DNA of 64,000 nucleotides from contig OY781945.1 of assembly GCA_963677435.1 (NCBI GenBank), positions 1,248,001 to 1,312,000 on the forward strand. Reading direction: 5' to 3'. This document shows, piece after piece, positions 20,271-30,216 of this stretch. The notes under the pieces were generated by a model. That model was given only the letters and a program-made list of their open reading frames with translations, was not told where the DNA came from and did not search any database. Numbering within the stretch: position 1 is the first letter of the stretch; each line of letters begins with the position of its first letter. Origin of the DNA: an uncultured Aliarcobacter sp. (GTDB taxonomy: Bacteria; Campylobacterota; Campylobacteria; Campylobacterales; Arcobacteraceae). A program made the position numbers and the translations under genes.

Positions 20271-20299
20271 TTGACATAATTACGATTATCATATATAAT
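20271..20299 (+). promoter_or_regulatory. Consensus sigma70 promoter of the toxin-antitoxin pair
   Basis: TTGACA-17 bp-TATAAT; ATAAT-tacg-ATTAT inverted repeat at the -35/spacer. Confidence 0.8.
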
Positions 20300-20318
20300 G
20301 TTATAAAAAGGAGTTGTA

Positions 20319-20840
20319 ATGACACAAAAAGAAATTAGTAATTATTTAGATATACCCTTTGCAACTTTAAATGATTGGAAACAAGAAAATAGTAATAGAT
20401 TCAAACTTTTTGATTTACTTACAAATCTTGATTTAAAGCTTGTAGAAAGTATATTATCAAAAAAAAACAATCATAGAATTTTTCATATTTTAAATAGAAA
20501 TATAGATAATTCATCTAAATTTTCATATGATGAAATAAAAAAAGCTTTTTCAAACAAAAATTACCATAATGCAACAATACGAGAACAAACTATTTATTCT
20601 AAGTTTTTTAAGGAGATTGAACCATCTGAATTAGATGATTTTGTAAAAACTTTTAATGTTTCAAAAAGAGATATTAAAAATTTGTATATATCAAGTTCTT
20701 TTAGAAATATAACTGGTATTGCAATAAAATGGGATAGAAGATTCAGATTAAAACATATTTCTACAAATATTGAAAATAAAAAAGTTATGCCCTCTTCATT
20801 ACAAAAAATATTAAATAAAAAGAATTTAAGTCATGTATAA
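20319..20840 (+). CDS. HTH protein, putative antitoxin/autorepressor
   Basis: MTQKEISNYLDIPFATLNDWK helix-turn-helix; overlaps the toxin gene by 8 bp. Confidence 0.6.
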   Translation: MTQKEISNYLDIPFATLNDWKQENSNRFKLFDLLTNLDLKLVESILSKKNNHRIFHILNRNIDNSSKFSYDEIKKAFSNKNYHNATIREQTIYSKFFKEIEPSELDDFVKTFNVSKRDIKNLYISSSFRNITGIAIKWDRRFRLKHISTNIENKKVMPSSLQKILNKKNLSHV

Positions 20841-21582
20841 TTTTTCTAAACAAAAAGAAATGTTTGATGTAGCTTTTCAATTATTAGAAGAAAATAATTT
20901 AAAAGAAGTCTCTTCTTTAGGTGGAGGTACAGCCTTGGCTGCTTATTATTGGAATCATAGGTATTCTACTGATATTGATATTTTTATTTACGATAAAGAA
21001 AATAGAACGCATTTACTTAAACCTTCAAATTGGAGTCAAGAAATAAAATCTAAAATGAACTCAATAGGTTATGACGAAAATTTCAGACATAATGATATTT
21101 ATACAGAAATTATTATAGATGAAAATTCAAAAATACAATTTTTTGATGTAATAAAAAAATCATACAATCCATATTTAAAGGTACTTTTATGGAATCGTGA
21201 AGTTATAATAGATTCTATTGAAGAGATTATTGCTAAAAAGATTTATTATAGAGGTGATGTTGGAAATGCCAGAGATCTTTTTGATATAGCAATAGCCATT
21301 CATAAAGAGCCTGATATTTTTACAAGAATGATTTTATCAAAAGATAAAATAAGAATACTATATGAAACAGTTTTAAATATAAATAATTTTGAAGAATTAA
21401 AGAATTTATATTTAGCAGAAATAATACTTATGAATCCAAATCCTGAGTATCAAATATTAGCTAATAATGCCATTTCATATCTGACTTTATTTCTTGAAAA
21501 TATCGTTGCATCATATGATATTGGATATGAATTATCAAGTGAAGAATATATTTTTATTGAGAATGAAATATGGGCTTATTAA
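20833..21582 (+). CDS. AbiEii/AbiGii-family nucleotidyltransferase toxin
   Basis: LGGGTALAAYYWNHRYSTDIDIF, EIIAKKI, ARDLFD. Confidence 0.85.
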   Translation: MYNFSKQKEMFDVAFQLLEENNLKEVSSLGGGTALAAYYWNHRYSTDIDIFIYDKENRTHLLKPSNWSQEIKSKMNSIGYDENFRHNDIYTEIIIDENSKIQFFDVIKKSYNPYLKVLLWNREVIIDSIEEIIAKKIYYRGDVGNARDLFDIAIAIHKEPDIFTRMILSKDKIRILYETVLNINNFEELKNLYLAEIILMNPNPEYQILANNAISYLTLFLENIVASYDIGYELSSEEYIFIENEIWAY

Positions 21583-21600
21583 GAAAAAATCAAATAACTC

Positions 21601-22377
21601 CTAGGTTCTATACCCCATCTTCAAAGAAATCTTCTTGCTAGCTTCAACAACTTTATTTATAAATTGTTGAGCTTTTACTCCATTTATCCTTTGTATTGGT
21701 CCTACCAAAGAAACGGCTGCTATTATATTTTTATTATAATCCCTTATTGGGGCAGCAATAGAAACAATACCATCTATAAACTCATTTTGAATATAACAAT
21801 AACCTAGTTTTTTAATCTCTTTTAATTCCTCTTTTAATACAACAGGATTAGTCACAGTTGATGAGGTATATTTATGAAAATCCATTTTTAAAAGCTTATC
21901 AATTTCACTCTCTTTTTGATATGCAAAGAGTAGTTTCCCTGAGCTTGTACAGTGAATTGGATTTATTCTTCCTATATGTACAAAAATTTGTATTGGATAA
22001 CTTGATTTTATTTGTTCCATATATATTACACTTGAGCCTTCTAATTCAGCTAATTGAACTGACTCAGAAGTTTCATGTGCAAGTTCTTCCAAAATAGGAT
22101 GTGCTTCTTTTACTACTTCCATTTCTGACATCAAAGAACTATATAGAGTTAAGATTTTTGTTCCAAGGGAGTATTTTTGTGTTTCTGGATTTTTTTTAAC
22201 ATAACCTTTATTTAACAAAGTTTTTAAAAGTCTACTAACTGTACTTTTTGCTAAATCTAACTCAATTGCTATTTGTGTTACTCTTTTTTCTGTCTCATCA
22301 ATAGTAAAACATTCAAGTATTTTTAAGGCATTTTCCACAGAAGATAAATTCGAACTATTGTTCACAAAAAGCTCCAA
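21601..22377 (-). CDS. IclR-family regulator divergent from pobA (PobR-like role)
   Basis: SSVENALKILECF, AKSTVSRLLKTL HTH, HCTSSGK, SIAAPIRD. Confidence 0.88.
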   Translation of the reverse strand: MELFVNNSSNLSSVENALKILECFTIDETEKRVTQIAIELDLAKSTVSRLLKTLLNKGYVKKNPETQKYSLGTKILTLYSSLMSEMEVVKEAHPILEELAHETSESVQLAELEGSSVIYMEQIKSSYPIQIFVHIGRINPIHCTSSGKLLFAYQKESEIDKLLKMDFHKYTSSTVTNPVVLKEELKEIKKLGYCYIQNEFIDGIVSIAAPIRDYNKNIIAAVSLVGPIQRINGVKAQQFINKVVEASKKISLKMGYRT

Positions 22378-22472
22378 ATTTGTTGATTTTTATCATTATA
22401 TTGCATATTTTATTAAAATTTGCATATTTTGTTCCATATAGAAGAACATTAGTATTTTATATAGAACAATAA

Positions 22473-23702
<1,230 letters not shown>

Positions 23703-23720
23703 AATTAATTTCATAAGAAG

Positions 23721-23754
23721 ATTAAAATCAAAATAGAAATATTTTGATTTTAAT
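23721..23754. terminator. Bidirectional terminator between pobA and the convergent gene
   Basis: 15-bp arms ATTAAAATCAAAATA-gaaa-TATTTTGATTTTAAT. Confidence 0.6.
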
Positions 23755-23804
23755 TAGTATAAAGTTTTATAAGTTTAATTTTTACTAGCTAATATGGGAT
23801 ATTA

Positions 23805-24050
23805 TTAAAAACAACATCCACTTCCGCAACATTTTAAAGATTTTTCTTTTATATTTACAGTAGAAATAACATAGTTATCAAAAATCTTTAAAACCTCAAA
23901 TTTATGTTTTGAACAGAAATTTTCATTCATATTATCTTTTAATTCTAAAGCATAATTTAATGCTTCTTCATTTGAATCAAATTCAAAATTAGCTTTTAAT
24001 TCACTTTTATTAAAACAATCACATATATTAGGAATAGTTACTTTACACAT
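23805..24050 (-). CDS. Small Cys-rich hypothetical protein
   Basis: AAGG RBS; CDCF, FCSKH and C-terminal CCGSGCCF. Confidence 0.6.
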   Translation of the reverse strand: MCKVTIPNICDCFNKSELKANFEFDSNEEALNYALELKDNMNENFCSKHKFEVLKIFDNYVISTVNIKEKSLKCCGSGCCF

Positions 24051-24079
24051 ATATAAACCTTCATCAATTATTTTATATA

Positions 24080-24565
24080 TTAATTTAAAAGTTTAAGTGT
24101 AAGATCTTCATAAATCTTTATCTCTTCTTTTGTAAGTTTAGAAAAACACTCTTCTTCAAATGCAAACACATCTATTAAAGCATTTTTGCACACATCATAA
24201 CCAAGTGGTGTTAATTGAACTAAACTACTTCGTTTATCATATTGATTATCTACTCTAACAATATAACCTTTATCTTCTAACTTTTTTAGTACTTTTGTAA
24301 TTGCCCCTGAAGTAAACATTAGTTTTTCATATATTTTTGTAGGACTTAAAACATTATCTGCATTATTTGACATAAGTAAACAACGCATAACATCAAGTTC
24401 ACTATTTGTTATATTATATTTTTCCTCTTGTATTTTTGTAGTACCTCTATGTAATTTTTGATGGTACATATAAAAAGGCACAACCACATGCAAAACATCG
24501 TTATAAGTTTCAGGAGAACGCTCTCGTACTCTTTGTATTTTTGTTTCTAGTTCTTGTTTATTCAT
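24080..24565 (-). CDS. MarR-family regulator (FerC/HcaR/CouR-like position)
   Basis: FTSGAITKVLKKLEDKGYIVR...DKRSSLVQLT; divergent from the hydroxycinnamate operon. Confidence 0.88.
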   Translation of the reverse strand: MNKQELETKIQRVRERSPETYNDVLHVVVPFYMYHQKLHRGTTKIQEEKYNITNSELDVMRCLLMSNNADNVLSPTKIYEKLMFTSGAITKVLKKLEDKGYIVRVDNQYDKRSSLVQLTPLGYDVCKNALIDVFAFEEECFSKLTKEEIKIYEDLTLKLLN

Positions 24566-24626
24566 AGCAACAGAATAGCATTTCTAATATTAAAATTTCT
24601 TTAATATAATACTTGTATTTAAAAAG

Positions 24627-24674
24627 TAAGATATTTATATCTTAAAAGTATTATACCAGTAAGATACTTTTAAG
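24627..24674. promoter_or_regulatory. Candidate MarR operator(s)
   Basis: TAAGATAT-tt-ATATCTTA (24627-24644) overlapping CTTAAAAGTAT...ATACTTTTAAG (24641-24674). Confidence 0.6.
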
Positions 24675-24736
24675 TTTTCTTCTGTTAGACTTCTAAAATA
24701 ACAAATAAGAAGAGTTAAAAAAAGAAAGGAAAATTT

Positions 24737-26758
24737 ATGGGAACAAATGGAAAATCAGCTGCAACAGAAGCATTAGCTGCTGCTGGTGATCATTTACAAG
24801 CACAAGATGTTGGTGCTTTAGATGAAGCAATGTCAGGTGCTTCAAAAAAACTAAACCTTACAAATTCTAGTTTAGTTGAGCGTTTGATATATGGACCACA
24901 ACCAGAACTTTCTGAGTTAACATCTGGTGTAGATGCTATGAATGCTGCTAAAACAAATGAAGCAGACAAGATTTTAAATACAGCTTTATCTTTACTTGAA
25001 AACGGTCAAGCATTTAGTAGTGATGGTAAATTATCTTCTAAATTAAGAGAAGAAGTATCTAAAAACACTGCTTATGGATTCACAGTTCCAGGTGAATTTG
25101 GAGGATTAGGATTAAACTACAATCAATTAGCAATCTTAGAAGAATCTTTGGCATCAAATGGTTTAGGTGCTTTAGCTGTTGAGTTATCAGGACAATTAAC
25201 AATTGGTTCAAGTTCACTTCTTGGTTATGGTGATGATAAACAAAAATCTACTTTTTTACCAATGATTGCTCAAGGAAGAATTACTTCTTTTGCATTAACA
25301 GAAGTAGGAGTTGGTGTAAATGCTAAAAAAATTGAGGCTTATGTTGAAAAAGATGAAGCTAATAATTGTTTTAGATTATTTGCACAAGGTGCTGCAAATA
25401 AACTATATATCACAAGTGCAATTCACAGTGGAATAATGGCAATTGCTGCAAGAATTGGTAAAGGTGGGAAAAAAATAGGTTTATTTATTATTGAACTTCC
25501 AAAAGAAGATATTGATAATGGTGAATACCAATTTAAAATCACAGAGGGAAATTCTGATGCATTTAAATCAATTTATAACAGCAGAATTGAGTTTATAAAC
25601 TTTCCAATTCCTGCTGAAAATGAGATAAAAGCAGATGGAGTCGAAGTTTTATTTTACTGTTTAAGAATGGGAAGATGTATGTTAACTGCAATGTGTGCTG
25701 GTTATCAAAAAATGATGGCAGCAGATGCTGTTAATTATGCAAAACAAAGACTAGGTGTTGGTGGACATATTATTAAACATGAATTACCAAGACTAGGAAT
25801 TGGAAAAATGTTAGGAGGCGCTTTAGCTTCCCAAGCACTTTCTCATCTTTCATTAAGCCAAGATTCACAAGGTGTAGATTTAGCAGGGCTTAGGGATATT
25901 TCAAAATCTTATGCTGCAAGTGCTGCTTTAAATTCATTAATTGCTTGTGAAAGAGTAATAGGTGGACGAAGTTTTGATAAAGAATCAAGAATTACAGAAG
26001 CTAGGGTAAATATGCATGTATTTGGAATAGTTGAGGGTGAAAATGATTTGATTTTAATGGGAATGATAAAAGATATTACTTCTAAATTTACTTCATTATA
26101 CATGGTTAGTATGTTAAGTGTCCTTCAAGAAGCAAATATGATAAATGGTGAACCTGTTTCAAAAGAAAATAGAATTTTAAAAATTGATTTAAAAACATTT
26201 ATTAAACATCCAATGCGTTGTTTAACTGCAACAGGAAAATTAATTTTCAAACCAGGTTTATATAAATTAATTGGATGGATTCTAAAAAATGCAATAAGTG
26301 AAATACCTCATATTGCTGGACGATTTGTTCCTTTATGGATGAAAACTCGTTATTCAGAAGTTCCAAATGATTTAAAAAAATATGTTTATTATGCTGAAAG
26401 AAATTTAAGAAAATGTAAATGGCTTTACCTTGGTATTAGTTTGTACTATCAATTAGAACAAACACATGCACAGGTTCCAATTCAAAGATTGGGTAAAAAA
26501 ATAGAGCTATTAGTTGCAATGTTAGCTCTTTGTACTCATGCTTCAAAACAAGATGAGTCTCAACAAGCTATTGCAGCACTTCAATCTGAAATTATGAAAG
26601 TTGAAATAGAAGGAATCCAAATATTAAAAGGATTATCTTCAACTGAAACTTTACGAAGACATCTAATAAAAGTTGGTGATGATGCTTTAAATGGAAATAG
26701 TTCTCTAATTAAAGATATTAAACCTCAGGTATTTGCCCACGATTGGCAAAGTAAATAA
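24737..26758 (+). CDS. Long acyl-CoA dehydrogenase (putative hydroxyphenylpropionyl-CoA dehydrogenase)
   Basis: VPGEFGGLGL, SFALTEVGVG, KLYIT, GGRSF, IVEGEND; context. Confidence 0.75.
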   Translation: MGTNGKSAATEALAAAGDHLQAQDVGALDEAMSGASKKLNLTNSSLVERLIYGPQPELSELTSGVDAMNAAKTNEADKILNTALSLLENGQAFSSDGKLSSKLREEVSKNTAYGFTVPGEFGGLGLNYNQLAILEESLASNGLGALAVELSGQLTIGSSSLLGYGDDKQKSTFLPMIAQGRITSFALTEVGVGVNAKKIEAYVEKDEANNCFRLFAQGAANKLYITSAIHSGIMAIAARIGKGGKKIGLFIIELPKEDIDNGEYQFKITEGNSDAFKSIYNSRIEFINFPIPAENEIKADGVEVLFYCLRMGRCMLTAMCAGYQKMMAADAVNYAKQRLGVGGHIIKHELPRLGIGKMLGGALASQALSHLSLSQDSQGVDLAGLRDISKSYAASAALNSLIACERVIGGRSFDKESRITEARVNMHVFGIVEGENDLILMGMIKDITSKFTSLYMVSMLSVLQEANMINGEPVSKENRILKIDLKTFIKHPMRCLTATGKLIFKPGLYKLIGWILKNAISEIPHIAGRFVPLWMKTRYSEVPNDLKKYVYYAERNLRKCKWLYLGISLYYQLEQTHAQVPIQRLGKKIELLVAMLALCTHASKQDESQQAIAALQSEIMKVEIEGIQILKGLSSTETLRRHLIKVGDDALNGNSSLIKDIKPQVFAHDWQSK

Positions 26759-26813
26759 AAACAAAGATTCAACAGAATCATAAAAAATTAATCTAAAAAT
26801 AAAAGGAAATAAA

Positions 26814-27641
26814 ATGGCAAATGAAACAAATGTAGTTGAATATACAATCGAAAATAAAATAGCGTGGATTAAATTTAATAGACCAGAAAAAAGAAATTGT
26901 ATGAGTCCAACTCTAAATAGAAGAATGATGGAAATTCTTGATGAATTAGAATATAACGACCAAGTTGGTGTAGTTGTATTAACTGGTGAAGGAACAGCTT
27001 TTAGTGCTGGTATGGATTTAAAAGAGTACTTTGTTGAAACAGAAGCTAAAGGTTTAGGTGCTACAAGACAAGCTCAAAGAGAAGCTTATGGTTGGTGGAA
27101 AAGACTAAGAGATTTTTATAAACCTACTATTGCCATGGTAAATGGTTGGTGTTTTGGTGGAGCTTATGGTCCATTATTCGCTTGTGATTTAGCTTTTGCT
27201 TCAAATGATGCACAATTTGGATTAAGTGAAATTAACTGGGGAATCTTACCAGGTGGTGGAGCTACTAAAGTTGCTGTTGAATTATTAAGTTTTAGAAATG
27301 CAATGTATCATTCGATGATGGGTGAAAATGTTGATGGTGTTAAAGCTGCTGAATGGGGATTAGTAAATGAATCTGTTGAAGCATCAAAATTAAAAGATAG
27401 AGTTACTGAAGTTTGTAATGTATTATTACAAAAAAATCCAGTTGCATTAAAAGCTACAAAAGAAGCGGTTAGAAAAGTATCAGAAATGACTTATGAAAAT
27501 GCACAAGATTACCTAATTAGAGCACAAGAAGCTGCAAATTATTTTGATAATACAGGAAGAAAAGAAGGTATTAAACAATTTATTTTTGAAAAAACTTATA
27601 AACCAGGTCTTGGTGCTTATAACAAAGATATCCAAAGATAG
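26814..27641 (+). CDS. p-Hydroxycinnamoyl/feruloyl-CoA hydratase-lyase
   Basis: NRPEKRNCMSPTLN, SAGMDLKEYF, GLSEINWGILPGGG, KTYKPGLGAY (Ech/FerB/HcaA family). Confidence 0.9.
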   Translation: MANETNVVEYTIENKIAWIKFNRPEKRNCMSPTLNRRMMEILDELEYNDQVGVVVLTGEGTAFSAGMDLKEYFVETEAKGLGATRQAQREAYGWWKRLRDFYKPTIAMVNGWCFGGAYGPLFACDLAFASNDAQFGLSEINWGILPGGGATKVAVELLSFRNAMYHSMMGENVDGVKAAEWGLVNESVEASKLKDRVTEVCNVLLQKNPVALKATKEAVRKVSEMTYENAQDYLIRAQEAANYFDNTGRKEGIKQFIFEKTYKPGLGAYNKDIQR

Positions 27642-27694
27642 TTTTTATTTTATAAATATGAATAATAAATCAAATTAAATCTAAAAGGAAAGTT

Positions 27695-28732
27695 ATGAAA
27701 ATTTTGATACAAAAGGGTGCTATTTTATTAGCAAGTTCTATGCTATTAGTTGGTTCATTATGGGCTAAAGAAGATGCTGTTAAACCTATAACTTTGACAT
27801 TACATCATTTTTTAAGTTCAAAAGCGCCTCCACATGTGGAATTAATAGAACCTTGGGCTAAAAAAGTTGAAGAGATGTCTAAAGGTAGACTTAAAATTGA
27901 GATTTTCCCATCTATGAGTATGGGTGGAAAACCAAATGAACTTTATGGTCAAGCAAAAGATGGGTCAGCTGATATAGTATATACAATTGCTGGATATACT
28001 CCTGGACTTTTCACAAGAACAGAAGTTTTTGAATTACCAACAATTCATACAAATTCTAGTTTAAAAACTGCAATGGCAGCAAAAGAAAACTTTGATTTAA
28101 TAAAAGATGATTTTAAAGATGTAAAACCTCTTTTAATCGCATTAGCTGGACCATACCAATTAGATATGGTTAATAAAAAAGTTGAAAAATTTGATGATGT
28201 AAAAGGTTTAAAATTAAGATCACCATCAAGAACAGGTGCTTGGTATATTAGTGAATTAGGTGCTGAACCTGTAGGAATGCCATTACCAGATGTTCCTCAA
28301 TCACTTTCTAAAAATGCAATTGATGGTGCTGTTTTACCAATGGAAGTATTTCCAGCGTTTAAGTTCCAACAATTAACAAAATATACTACTGAAATCAAAG
28401 GCGGTGGAGGTTTTGGAGGATCTGTTTTATTACTTTTAATGAATAAAGATAAATTCAATAGCTTACCAAAAGATTTACAAGCTATATTAGAAGAGAGTAC
28501 AGGTAATGAATTAATTGAAAAATTTGCACAACTTGCTGACAAAATGGAAGTAATAGGAAAAGATTTACAAGTAAAATCAGGTGGAGAGATTATCACTTTA
28601 GATGAAACTGAAACTAAAAAATTTGATGAAGCTGGTGAAAGAGTAGTTCAAAAATGGATTAAAGAAGTGAATGAAAAAGGTATTGATGGTCAAAAAATTG
28701 TTGATGCTGTTAGAAAATCAATGAATAAATAA
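27695..28732 (+). CDS. dctP: TRAP substrate-binding protein, orphan paralog 3
   Basis: Same family as 6487-7527; located in the hydroxycinnamate operon. Confidence 0.85.
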   Translation: MKILIQKGAILLASSMLLVGSLWAKEDAVKPITLTLHHFLSSKAPPHVELIEPWAKKVEEMSKGRLKIEIFPSMSMGGKPNELYGQAKDGSADIVYTIAGYTPGLFTRTEVFELPTIHTNSSLKTAMAAKENFDLIKDDFKDVKPLLIALAGPYQLDMVNKKVEKFDDVKGLKLRSPSRTGAWYISELGAEPVGMPLPDVPQSLSKNAIDGAVLPMEVFPAFKFQQLTKYTTEIKGGGGFGGSVLLLLMNKDKFNSLPKDLQAILEESTGNELIEKFAQLADKMEVIGKDLQVKSGGEIITLDETETKKFDEAGERVVQKWIKEVNEKGIDGQKIVDAVRKSMNK

Positions 28733-28749
28733 GTTGCAGGAAGAATAAA

Positions 28750-30195
28750 ATGAAAGAATATAAATTATTTATAAATGGTGAGTATGTACCTTCATCAACA
28801 AATACACTTATTGATGATATTTCTCCATCAACAGGTAAAGCATTTGCCAAAATTCATATGGCAAGTGCTGAAGATATTGAAGCGGCTATTGATGCTGCAA
28901 ATAAAGCATACAAATCATGGTCAAAAACAGCACCAAAAGAAAGAGAAGCTATTTTAAATAAAGCAGCTGATATTTTTGAAAGAAGAAGTGATGAAATTAG
29001 AGAAATTTTAGCTACTGAATCTGGTTCTGCTTTTGGTAAAGCAATGTTTGAAATGGGATTAGTTGCTGATATTATAAGAACAGCAGCAGGAGAAGCGATT
29101 AGAGTTTCTGGTCAAACACATGCAACAAATCATCCAGGAATGTTATCTTATAGTATAAGAAGACCTTTAGGTGTTGTTGCTGGGATTTCACCTTTTAATG
29201 TACCAATGGGATTAGCTTCTAAAAAGTTTGCTTTTGCTATGGCTGCTGGAAATACTTTTGTATTAAAGCCTTCAAGTAGTACAGCTATTTGTGGACTTAT
29301 TTTTGGAGAAATTTTCAAAGAAGCTGGACTTCCAGATGGAGTATTTAATGTTATTCCTTGTTCAAGTTCAGTTTTAGGTGAAACATTCCAAAAAGATAGA
29401 AGAGTAAAAATGATTACTTTTACAGGTTCAACTGAAGTTGGTAGAAAAATTGCAGGATCAGCTGCACAAAATCTTACTAAATGTACAGTAGAATTAGGTG
29501 GAAAAAGTCCTTTAATTATTTTAGATGATGCAGATGTTGATTTTGCAGTTGATACAGCAGCTTTTGGTGTATTTATTCACCAAGGTCAAATTTGTATGGC
29601 TGGTTCAAAAATCATTGTTGAAGCAGGACTTTATGATGAGTTTTGTGAAAAATTCACTCAAAAAGTAAAAAATTTAAAAGTTGGAGATCCATTAGAACCA
29701 ACAACTATAATTGGACCACTAATAGAAGAAGCTCAATGTGCTTTTATTGATGGCTTAGTAGAAGATGCAATTAGTAAAGGTGCAAAACTATTAACTGGAT
29801 ATTCACATGAGGGTTGTTTCTATCAACCAACTCTTTTATCAGGAGTTACTTCTGATATGAGAATATTCCATGAAGAAGTTTTCGGGCCAGTTGCGACAGT
29901 TTTAAAAGCTGATGATATTGACCATGCAATTCTTATGGCTAATGACACAGTTTATGGATTAAGTTCAGCAGTTGTTACAAAAGATTTAGCAAATGCGATG
30001 AGATTATCTGAAGAGATTGAAGCTGGAATGGTACACATTAATGGTGCAACTATAATGGATGAAGGTCATATTCCATTTGGTGGAACTAAAGATAGTGGAA
30101 TGGGTCGAGAAGGTGGACATTTTTCAATAGAAGAGATGACAGAATTAAAATGGGTTACTGTTGAAGCATCTGGAAACAGACACTATCCGTTTTAA
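28750..30195 (+). CDS. Aromatic aldehyde (vanillin/4-hydroxybenzaldehyde) dehydrogenase
   Basis: SPFNVP, FTGSTEVG, ELGGKSP, HQGQICM, EEVFGP, RHYPF C-terminus. Confidence 0.85.
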   Translation: MKEYKLFINGEYVPSSTNTLIDDISPSTGKAFAKIHMASAEDIEAAIDAANKAYKSWSKTAPKEREAILNKAADIFERRSDEIREILATESGSAFGKAMFEMGLVADIIRTAAGEAIRVSGQTHATNHPGMLSYSIRRPLGVVAGISPFNVPMGLASKKFAFAMAAGNTFVLKPSSSTAICGLIFGEIFKEAGLPDGVFNVIPCSSSVLGETFQKDRRVKMITFTGSTEVGRKIAGSAAQNLTKCTVELGGKSPLIILDDADVDFAVDTAAFGVFIHQGQICMAGSKIIVEAGLYDEFCEKFTQKVKNLKVGDPLEPTTIIGPLIEEAQCAFIDGLVEDAISKGAKLLTGYSHEGCFYQPTLLSGVTSDMRIFHEEVFGPVATVLKADDIDHAILMANDTVYGLSSAVVTKDLANAMRLSEEIEAGMVHINGATIMDEGHIPFGGTKDSGMGREGGHFSIEEMTELKWVTVEASGNRHYPF

Positions 30196-30216
30196 TTTTT
30201 CATGAAGGAGAGATAA

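Noticed and set aside
22400..22430. TTGCATATTTT direct repeat upstream of pobA as a copy of the TGCTA motif
   Set aside because: Different sequence and 19-bp rather than 11-bp period; could be chance in AT-rich DNA.
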